In this document: piece by piece, positions 13,753 through 23,933 of the stretch
Position numbering within the stretch: position 1 is the stretch's first letter
How the letters are laid out: each line of letters opens with the position of its first letter
Assembly: GCF_011386835.1 (NCBI RefSeq)
Contig: NC_088791.1
Coordinates: forward strand, 187,302,001 to 187,366,000
Source of the DNA: Chrysemys picta bellii
Taxonomy: Eukaryota
Length of the DNA stretch: 64,000 bases
Reading direction: 5' to 3'
Position numbers and translations under genes: made by a program
The notes under the pieces: model-generated
Told to the model about the DNA's origin: nothing
The model's input: the letters and a program-made list of their open reading frames with translations, nothing else
Databases searched by the model: none

Positions 13753-16700
13753 ATCAATCAACATCCTTGAACATAGGTTTCTGAGTATTATGGGATACAG
13801 CCAAACTCACCCCTTTAAAGTCAATGCCTCTCATTCTGCTATCACTGATGCTTGTTTCACTCTAATTTAATTGTACTGATTTACACTTGTGCAAGTGAAG
13901 ACATAATGAAGTTAGTGTTGAGCAGAATGCATCTCTTTATATTCACGTTGTAGCAGTGAGTCCAGCACTTGAGAAGTGAAAGGTCATTTTAAAATGTTCA
14001 GGAAGACTATAGACCTTTGCCTGATGAAGTTTTATAAATTTAGTTACAGAGGAGAAAAAATGTTAAAATACTTGTTTTAAACCTAGGAATTCTCCATACT
14101 GTGGTGATAAATGGTACTGTTAATACATCTCAGATATAAACAGAAAGAACTAGTGAAAATAAAATAACATACGGTGTGTGTGCACAAGAAAGTACTGGGC
14201 TGGGATTCTGACAGGAGTCTGGGAAAGTTAAGCATTCAAATCCCACTTATATTCCCTTAGACTCCTTTGAAAATCACAGCCATTATTTGACTTCTAGTTG
14301 GTATTGATACTTGAGCAAGCGCACCTCAGAATGAGAGATGAGTGAAACTCATGTTCAGCTGATTTCAAGTGAGATTTGGCCAACCTAGTCCAACACTTCT
14401 ATATAGATCCAGGCTTCCTGAGACAATATATTAACCTACTTTATTGCATAGTCCCAATTTCCTGCCATTCTCTCTTTAATACTCTGTAGTTCTGTATTCT
14501 GAGACTTGTGTTTGTATACTGGCAAGTCATCTGTTTCCAACATCACGTACACTATATGCCCTTTTCCTCTGGCTACACATGCATACCTAGAAAGTTTTGT
14601 TTTGGCTCTACTGGCTGCTGGAGGAATAGGTCTACATGAAATCAGTAGAAAGGCACTGTCTGTGTCTATTGGTGATTAGTTTGGCTGAAGCTCTGCTTGA
14701 AGTTCACTGCTCAAACTATGGAATAGCTATTTTCTGATGACTGGTGACCAGGCAGACTAGATTTCCCCATTATACAGAGCCCCTTAGTGACTGGACTCAG
14801 TGTGTCCATCTCACACATTATAGTAGTTGCCATGCAAATTAAGACCCTCAGGATGTGTAGGTTGCAGCTATATAGAGTGCACCAATAGTTAGCGTCCCAC
14901 TGGTTGAGTCAGAAAAAACTGCTGAGTTTAAGTCAATGTGGAGTCATCACACTTATTGCAGCGTGGAAAAGGTGGTTACCGTTGCTCATTACATAAGAAA
15001 TTAGTAACTGCTGAACATTTTACAAAATACGAATGGACTCGGAGATTCACTAGTGTGGCTTTTTCTTTTTCTTTTTTTTTGTTTTCTCTCAGCTTCCTTT
15101 AGTCCCCACCTGTCCTATTCCTTTTTCTAGGTACTAGGCTACATTCAGATACTTAACACTCAATTTCGTCTTTTCAGGTATCAACTATGTTATGTTATTT
15201 AGTTACTAAAGAATACTTTGGAGCAATTACTTGGTGGGTCACCTTTAAAATTCATTTGCATTTAAACTGCAGTCTGATAAAGCTTCAGTAGATATTTTTT
15301 AATGAAGCACTTTCCTGTGGTTACATGATTTATTATTTTCCCCTTGGAGTTTACAGTCTTTCATATAACATTTTACCTATCATATTAGAAGCTTTGTCAT
15401 AAATACACATGTCCTTCAGAAGCTCATGATCCGGGAAATAAAACCTTACCCAAGGAAAACATTTTTCCTGTGATTTATTCCCAGTAGAATTTTCATGAAT
15501 ATATTCTAATTTTCCATTTTCATTAGAAAGACAGTGCTATGTTGTTTTTTCCACCATAGGCAAATAAAAGATTTACCTGTAATACTTGGATGACAATCAT
15601 GCTTAGCATGCTCTATTTTGGGATCGTTTTTCAACAGTAATGATGTTCTGTTAAGAATTTGCTAAATAGAAGAAATACATATGGACAATCCCACATGTGG
15701 CATAAAATATGCCAATATGATCATTTCAGACCAAGAAAAAAAAAGTACAATACTCTATACTTTCCTTAATGATACAAATAATGGCAGTATTTTTACAAGA
15801 TCTAGTTTTTGTTTCCTCTCTTACTGTTTTCAATTTTAGTTATGGTGTTCCATCTGTCATCCTAAAACAGATTACCATCTTCTACTCTGTCTTTCCCTGG
15901 GTTTTACAACATCTATCATGTACGCTAGCCTGATGCTAAGCTCAGACCGAACTTGGGTTTGGGATATGGGAAGATTTCAATTTGTTCTCTCTTTCTCCCT
16001 GTTCCAATAAAAAAACCTTAAGAAAGAAGCAGACTGGGACAAATTCAGGGTTTTAGTTCCTATTGTCAGCTCATATGGATGAATCTGAATTTCCTTGCAA
16101 GTATAGAGAACATTCTTAAAAGGAATACATTCCATCAGAACATCAAATAGAAAAGAAGGGGATTTAAGGAGCGGGAGAATAGATGGCATTTGTTTGATGA
16201 AATGTTACTATGTGGGGGTGCTTTGCTTTGAGCATTGAACTCCCCAAATAAAAGGATCCCAGATCACTTGTTTCTTCCAGCAAGCCAGTAATTTTTGAGG
16301 CTGACGTAGCACCATGGTCAATACTGTTGCTGGAACATGCTCTCTTGCATGGGTTCTTTCTATGCAGAAGAATGGAAACTGAGTGATTTGCAACTCATGG
16401 AATTGCCTTAGAATTCTTCCATTCAGCAGTGTGCTCCCCCAACAGATGATATAGGAGATTCAGTCTCTTAAAGACCACAAAACCCTTGATTGCCTACAGA
16501 AGATCTCCTGATATCTGTGTACAGGTATACACGCAAAAGCCCTTTGTTTGGACATAGCCACCTATCTCCCAACACCCACTTCTCCCTTTGACAGTATGTA
16601 GATAAGACATGCTATTTGGATGCAGTCCCTATATCAACTAACCCAACAGTCTAAGTGAGCGGGGAAAACTACAGAAGTTTACTGTCCCCACATGCACAGT

Positions 16701-18129
16701 AACTTGTTCCAATTTGTCGCATGGTTTTAGAGACTGGAGAAAACTATTACTCATGAACAGATCTTGAGTTTTGCACATCAGTTTGCTATTCAGAGTTGTG
16801 TGATGAATGCTACATGCCATTTTATACTATTGGTTGTCAAAGCTATTCACTCTATTAGCTGTTCATAATATTTATTCAGGGTATGTGATTGACCTTTAAG
16901 TAACATGGGGTAAAATTTTCAAGAGTGCCTGAGTGACTTACGAGCTAAAGTATCTTTTCCAAGGTGACTTAGATGCCTACAAAATCACATAGGCATTTTT
17001 GAAAATTGTTGTATTATTTTCTGCTCCTTAACTCCATAATAAATTTTGTAAACAGGGGGAAAGAAATCAGACACGTCAAATCTTTTGGTACAATGCTTTG
17101 CATGAACACATTCACATGAATATTCATGAGAATAACTTTCTGCCAACATTACTGCAAAATAATCTCAAATGTATGCGGAAACATGTCCATGTTTTATTAT
17201 TCATATGTATGGTCCCAGGCCTATTGCTGAAGTATCTACTCAGGAAGTCAACAGCAATTATGTGAGCAGTAATGTCAGCAATATTTAACCTTGTGCCACC
17301 TACTTTCTGCATTTCTTACTAGACAAAGAGTAAGGTGAATTTTAATCCCATGTACACAATGACTTGTAGACAACCTAACTTCTCTAATAGATTCTAGACA
17401 CCACTGAATGTTTTAAAGAGACACAACTTGATTAGTCTCTCAAGGATAGAGCTGGCTGTATTTACAAACAATACACTGTTCTAAAGATGTTTTCTTAAAG
17501 TGAATGACATCCAGCAGACACAGATCTCAGACAACAAGCCTTACTCGGCTACCCTTTTCTTGATACTAGTCACTTACCAGAAGAAGCAGTTGTATACACT
17601 TGAACAAAGAGACAAACTTTAGAATATTTTCAAAACAAAAGCTTTCCTAAAGTTGCTATACTACATTGTAGAGATTTGTAATAAATAAATAATTACTGTC
17701 GATACAGATGGGGAAACAATAGCTTTGCCAGATTTGTTAAAAGCAAAATGTGTGATGACTCCTTCAAATATTTCAGCTTTTCTCAAGAAAAAAAAATCTT
17801 GAATTTAGCAAAATCCCCAGTGGGAAAAGCTGTTTGCAGTGGTTAAAACGTTGCTGGGGAAAATGAAGCAAGCTGTGATGTACAAAATATTATGTTCTTT
17901 CACAGCTGGTAAAGGAAACATTGCAAAAATTTAGTAAAATTAATGAGCCAGTATCTTGGCCCTTGTCTGGCTGCTTTGTGCTGCTAAGGCACTGCAAAAC
18001 AGCCATCAAACTATCTTAACATGGGTAACAGAAGAGCAAAGCTGGCACCCTCTACAGGGACCCATCTAGCATATTGAAAGGGCCAGCCACTCTTTAGAGG
18101 GGAAGAACCCGAAAAAAACAAAACAAAAC

Positions 18130-20135
18130 ACAGCGATCAGCTGATTCTGTGGGAAAACAAATGAAAAAGAGGCATTGGAGTGAAGGTCATCGCTTTAGAA
18201 CCAGGCGCCCAGAAGGGGATACTGAGCAGAGAACCCCGGACAATATCCACTGCTCCTCAAGAGAGTCCAAAAAGCTAGTGCTTGCCACCCACAGGAACTC
18301 CACCTGAAGACATGATTGGACAAATGCGCAAAGTTCAGCCCCACAGTCTTGGTTGCTGGGAGTCCCCATCCAACCCACTCCTTCTTGATTACAGATGCCC
18401 AACTTGGCCAACCCCAGAAGGTGGTTAACGAGGAGGTTCTATGACCTTGTGGGGCTGTGGACAGGGAGTGCATAAATAGGTGCAGGGAGAAGTGTAGCCA
18501 GAACCTTAACAACAGACTCTGGAAGAGGCGGAAAGGGGGCTGTAACCTGTCGCACTGTTAATATGTATGCGCCAGTGTCTCTCTTTCTCTCTCACATCAC
18601 AAGCAGAACATGTTGGGGGAGTCCAAAAACCACATCAAAAACATGCCCATGCTCACAGCTCCATGAAGGAGATGCCAACTTATATCCCCAGCAGGCCAGA
18701 GCACCAATGTGGAATACAGGCTGGCCCACTGGGGTTCCTTGCCCTCCAGAGATGGCAACAATTCCTGCCATATCATGTCAGAATGGGACACACGGGTGAG
18801 GAAAGGGATAGAATTGAGCACGAGCATGTAGATCTGTTCTCAGGATGCAGCTCAGAAGGGGAGTGTCTGGATCTTACTGAGCCAGCTCATACGGGAGATG
18901 TGAAGTGGCTGGGGAGTCTCAAAGGGCAAGGGCCCAACATCAAGCTCAGGAGGGCCAGGGAAAACAGATGGGCAGGGAACCCCTGGCTGCAGGACTCACT
19001 TGAGAAAAAACTATAGAGGCTGGGGGCAGGGTAGCCTTTAAGCACATGTCCTGTGGGAGGCACAGGGTGGGTAACCTCACTCACTGAGCCAGCATACCAG
19101 GGTCCACCCAGTCCCTCCAACCATAGTCCATGAGGCCTCAAACTTTGGTGACACCGGACCAAGTTTTGGTGCACTGAGAGGGCCCTCCACTATCTGTGCC
19201 ACAAGATGTGGATTGTGAAACAGGGGTTCAGCAAGGAGGTTCACACCCTCAACAGCCACAACAGGCCTGGCCATGGAAATCAGCTTCCAGGTCAGGAGGA
19301 GGTCCTGGGAAAAGACGGGCAGCTCAGAAAGATCTCGAGGGAGACCCCTCGGATGCAGACAAAAGAGCTGCCAATCATATCAGAGCTCTCAGAGGCGGCG
19401 GAAGAAGATGTTCCCTAACTGGCCCCAAACCAGACTACAAATACTATAAAGGAGCCTCTGCAGGGCCTGAAGATGGAAAGAATGGACCTAGCTGTGAATG
19501 CATACCAGTCCCTGCTCTCACTCTTCCAGAGGGAGGCTCAGGATACTGCAGAGACCAAGTGCTTCCCTGGCCAGAAGAACTGCCTTCCTCTGGAGGCTGG
19601 CCAGGGTAACCGGGCATGAGCTCAGGGTTTTCAACCAGTGCCAGAGCATGGACAGGACCAGCTGGTTAATGACTAGCACCCTTCCCTGAAGGGAAAGGCA
19701 CAAGATGAGCCCTGTCCACCTGTGCAACTGGGGTCAGACACCTTGGCCTCCAAGTCGGTCCATTTTTCCAGGGGAGGGATCAGTGGCCAAGAGGTACAAA
19801 CCCAGATATAGCAGCGAACCTGCACACCACTGGATAGTGTGGAGCGCAGGGGGGAGGGAGCCCACCTGTCACCAATCCCCAGCTATCAGGCCAGAGCTCT
19901 TGACCCAGTTGATCCGGGCAGAGGAGACTACCAAATAGATGGGTTGGCAGGCCTCCATCCTCACCAGGTCTTCTGGGTCCTGGGACAAGAGAAGGACATC
20001 ATTGGCATACGCCAACAGGGCCATTCTCAAAGCTGGGTCACTGAGCACCAACCCTGTCACTCACTTTGTGTAAGAGACAAAGGAAGGGCTCAACAGTGAT
20101 GACATAAAATTGGATATTTTGGAGCTGGCACATCT
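18130..20135 (-). mobile_element. Tx1-like (L1 clade) non-LTR retrotransposon, 5'-truncated within RT and multiply frameshifted
   Basis: Minus-strand fragments in RT order: ITVEPFLCLL, LLAYANDVLLL (decayed YADD), SSARINWVKS, GRVLVINQLVLSMLWH, LLAEPLFHNP and C-terminal EQWILSGVLCSVSPSGRLVL*. Boundaries approximate. Confidence 0.8.
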
Positions 20136-21377
20136 CTAAAGTAGCACTCAGATTTCCAACAATATTTTTGTTTGATATACTAGTTTGGCTATTCCATCTA
20201 ACTAGAGAAAAGAGCATATGTTTATGATCAGATCCATTGTGAAATATCAGGAACAATAGTTCGCTATTAATATTTCATAATAAATGCAGTTAATTTCATT
20301 AAAAGTGACCCAACCTTAGAAATACTAGTCATGGTCCTTTTTTAAAAAAAAATAAAAATGTGTTCTGAGATGAACTGATTAAGAAATATCAGAACAAAGT
20401 ATGCTAATTTGTAATAGAACATCTTTTTCAGCCAAGCTGGGAAAATGCAATGGAGCACCAAATAAGACAATTTATTGCACAGATGATGCTGAGTGACACT
20501 GTGGTTAAGAGACTTGGCTGTTCTCCAGGGCCAATCTGTTGTTGTCTATAATGTGTTCCACAGCATGTGGCCACAGTTTACACCTCTGTAGTTCTTAGAG
20601 CATCATCATTTTCAGTCTCAGAACAAAGGATGCCAAGAAAGAATTAAAATGACATGGTTGCCCAGATGACACCATTCATGGAAATTGAACCTACTGTTGT
20701 ATTTACTTTTCCTGAAATAGTTACAGTATTTCCTGTACTTCAGATTGGAAGTATCAGAAATACCATGGTAAATTCAATGGCCATGGGTGGTTAGTGCCCA
20801 GCGTTTAAATGTCAGCCACCATATAGCATTTTCCATGCATCGTCAGGTAGATTCTGCTGGCCCATACTCAGGTATGCATTGTGGAGGAAGGGTCCTATTG
20901 AAATTGTGCTGCCAGGACACAAGTCAGGTAGAGCTGCAATCCCTCTGCTCAAGGAGCTATGAGGACTGCTCCATAACTATCACCCTGGTAGTCATCTGTC
21001 TCCCGTTACTCACGGGCCAATAGAGTGGGTTATCCATATGAGAGGGGAGTATACTGCACACTTTCAAGGGGTGTAGTAGGGTGTTTGTTCCCCTTTGCAC
21101 CAAAGAGGATGAATTCTGTGCTTTGCCTGGGGTGGTAGAACTCTGCAGAATTCCCAGTGCCAGACTGTGCCTAGATAGCAAAGTCTTGCCATAACTCTTG
21201 ACTAGACTGGATCTTGCCATTTCAGCACAATAATGTTAATTTACCATAAGCTGTTCAGCATTAAAAACTATGAATGTCAGTGAAGTCTGGCGTAGAAATA
21301 GTGAGGGAACTCATTCTGGATGGGAAAACCAGAACGATGCACATAGTAAATACAAAAGCATATAAATTAATTAATTA

Positions 21378-21562
21378 ATGGAGAAATCCCATCTCCTAGA
21401 ACTGGAAGGGACCTTGAAAGGTCATCGAGTCCAGCCCCCTGCCTTCACTAGCAGGACCAAGTATTGATTTTGCCCCAGATTCCCAAGTGGCCCCGTCAAG
21501 GATTCAACTCACAACCCTGGGTTTAGCAGGCCAATGCTCAAACCACTGAGCTATCCCTCCCC
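21378..21562 (-). mobile_element. Tortoise-type tRNA-derived Pol III/SINE with CR1-like 3' tail
   Basis: Minus strand reads GGGGAGGGATAGCTCAGTGGTTTGAGCATTGGCCTGCTAAACCCAGGGTTGTGAGTTGAATCC: A box TAGCTCAGTGG and a B-box-like motif. It ends in CR1-like GATGACCTTTCAAGGTCCCTTCCAGTTCT. Confidence 0.85.
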
Positions 21563-21589
21563 CTATATATAGATATACTGATCTATGTA

Positions 21590-21685
21590 TGGGTTTAGCA
21601 TATGGGTGCTGGGTGATGTTGGTGGCCCATGATATACCGGAGGTCAGACTGGATCATCTGGCGGTCCCTTCTGGCTTTCAACTCT
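21590..21685 (+). mobile_element. CR1 3' end fragment
   Basis: GGAGGTCAGACTGGATCATCTGGCGGTCCCTTCTGGC resembles the other CR1 termini in the window. Confidence 0.6.
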
Positions 21686-21772
21686 AACAAGGATCTAAAG
21701 TCACAGATTCATAAACAATAACTATGTTTGAGAGACAAAATGGGTGAGGTAATCTCTTCTCTTTGTGAGAGA

Positions 21773-21811
21773 GACAAGCTTTCGAGCTTCCACAGAGCTC
21801 TTCTTCAGGTC
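21773..21811 (-). ncRNA. Minimal type I hammerhead-ribozyme-like motif (PLE family B)
   Basis: Minus strand GAC-CUGAAGA-A-GAGCU-CUGUGGA-AGCUC-GAAA-GCUU-GUC: canonical CUGANGA and GAAA core, 5-bp stem II, 3-bp stem I and a palindromic AGCU in place of stem III. Confidence 0.6.
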
Positions 21812-21813
21812 AC

Positions 21814-22012
21814 CATGTGTCTCAACTGAAAATATTTGGGGGCAGATCTTTTGTGCTACTCAGGCAGTGCAAACTAGCTATTGAGCTGCCCTAATGGGGA
21901 ATCATCAGGTGGCATAAAGCCAGCTTAGCCAGCTCAGCTCCGTCTGTTCCACAGATCCAGCCCCGGTTATAAGGGCAAGGGGCTCTTGCCAGACTGCCTC
22001 CTGTTCTGGTTG
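21814..22012 (+). repeat. ~200-bp local direct repeat, copy A (MITE-like core plus flank)
   Basis: Aligns by eye at roughly 80-85% to 22757-22953 (offset about 943 bp). Confidence 0.8.
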
Positions 22013-22756
22013 GCTCTAAGATACTGCCTCACCCACCTTGTGTCTCTAATATCCTGGGAATGACACAGCTACACCATTTCATAATGACTACACTTGTAGG
22101 TAACAACACTATGAAAATTTAACACACCAAGATCGGTCAAAACGAAAAAAGAAAACACGCTAAGGTCCGCTGCCCTCACAGTATTTGGAAAGAACCTAGT
22201 GTGTACTTTGGAGACATACATATTTCTCTAGGCACATTTTTAAATCAGCACAAAAAAGGAGTGTTTTTTTTTTTAAAGTTCTCATTGACAAAAAGTTGAT
22301 TTTAAAGAGAGAGAATGTGTTGAAGACATTCCTCACTCAACTAGACACATTTACAGTTGGTCAGATTGTTCTGATGGCATCCCTCAGCTTACAAATTTAT
22401 GTGCTTTGGTTATTGGACTGCTTCAAAGATACTTTCAGAACGATGGGTGGGTGGCATAAAGTCCCTTAGCAAGTAGCTTCAACCACAAAAGCCAAATCAG
22501 AGAGTCTAAAGCAGGAGGCTTTGGGAATCTCAACTTTATTCAGCTCTTGAGGCCACCAGAATATTATGCCAACCCCCCTACAAAGCATAAAAAATGAGGA
22601 AGAAGCAGTCATACAAGGTTCCCCACTTACAGCCTCTTTCTCTTATCTATTCAAAATCATATTAAACGGTCACCAAGGGGATCCTTAGCAGTGAAGTAAG
22701 TCCACCTTTCTGGAAGAGTCCTAATTCCTCTGTCGAGTGAGTGTTAGCAAAAGCAT

Positions 22757-22953
22757 CATGTGTCTAAATGGAAAATAGTTGGGGCCAGATCTTTTGTGCC
22801 CCTCAGGCAGTGCAAACTAGCTATTCAGCTGCCCCAATAGGGAATCTTCAGGTGGTATAAAACCAGCATAGCCAGCTCAGCTGTCAGTTCCACAGACCCA
22901 ACCACAGGTGTCAGGGCAAGGGGCCATGGCCAGACTGCCTTTGGTTCTGGTTG
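22757..22953 (+). repeat. ~200-bp local direct repeat, copy B
   Basis: Shares blocks such as CAGATCTTTTGTGC, CTCAGGCAGTGCAAACTAGCTATT and TAGCCAGCTCAGCT with copy A. Confidence 0.8.
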
Positions 22954-23933
22954 CTGGCTGGCCACAATGTCTGGGTAGTCTAAGCAGACCTTTCCCTCCT
23001 TTCCACCACCACCCAAATCACTGGCTTAGAATCTGGCTCTTTATGTCTAAACTATACCTGAATCTGCAGATTGATTTGCTTTCTTGCAGTTTCAACATTA
23101 CAAATCCCTACCCCCTTTTCCTCCCCAAAGGCTGTGACTTCTGTCATGCTAACCAAAAAGGTTTGGCCCGTAAACGGAGAAGAAAAAAAAAACACCCCAC
23201 ACCCCCCACTAATCACAACATTTTACATATTCCAAGCCTTATGCTGCTAATTTTGTGGATCCAGGCCATCACTTACACCAAAAAGTATTTTTGTTGGTGA
23301 ACAAAGCAAGCAAGAATAGTGCCCCTTTAGTTATAGTTAATAATTACCATATTCAAGACACAAGCCATAATTTGGCCATCTGTTCTATTTTAAAAAAGGA
23401 TGGGAACTAAAGCAAAATTACCTCTCTGCTATGTAAGGGTGGAGACTTACTTCATCTTGTAATTTGTCCAGGTTCTTTACAAGTGGTGAAAGAACTAAGT
23501 GTTCAGGAAGTTAAATGTGTCAGTGTCATATTTCAAAGGAAAATTATATCAGGGAGAATTGTAAATAGGGGGTTGTGATTGATTAAACTGTTGTGGGGGC
23601 TATTGAATTTTTGTTTTTATTTCCCTGATCTACCCAGACATACAGTATTTACTAATTTAAAGAAACAAATGAATAGGATACATTGAAAATTAAATGCCCA
23701 ACTTCCAGGTGGTCCTAGAAAAGTAACATGCATGTATTTTGGGGACAAAAAAAATGTAAACTATTAAAACAATTGGTTTAAATTTCTTAGGAATCTATAA
23801 TTAATATAGGCATATTCTTCAGTGGGTTATACTAAATTGTGAGCCTTATTAATTAATGAGATTAATTAAACATGGCAATTTTTCTATGATGATTCTTCCC
23901 CAATGTTAAGGCTTTGAAAGCTTTAACATGTAA

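Larger units (their letters stand above)
21725..22075 (+). mobile_element. PLE family B inverted-repeat remnant, centre replaced by a ~200-bp foreign segment
   Basis: Left arm GAGAGACAAAATGGGTGAGGTAATC is the inverted counterpart of right arm GATACTGCCTCACCCACCTTGTGTCTC. The tail resembles 10463-10532. No clear TSD. Confidence 0.6.

Noticed and set aside
18563-19609. Plus-strand ORFs of 137-149 aa
   Set aside because: They are antisense to the GC-rich Tx1-like remnant and have no recognisable motifs.
21490-21562. tRNA gene
   Set aside because: The tRNA-like head runs directly into a SINE body and CR1-like tail, so it is a SINE rather than a tRNA gene.
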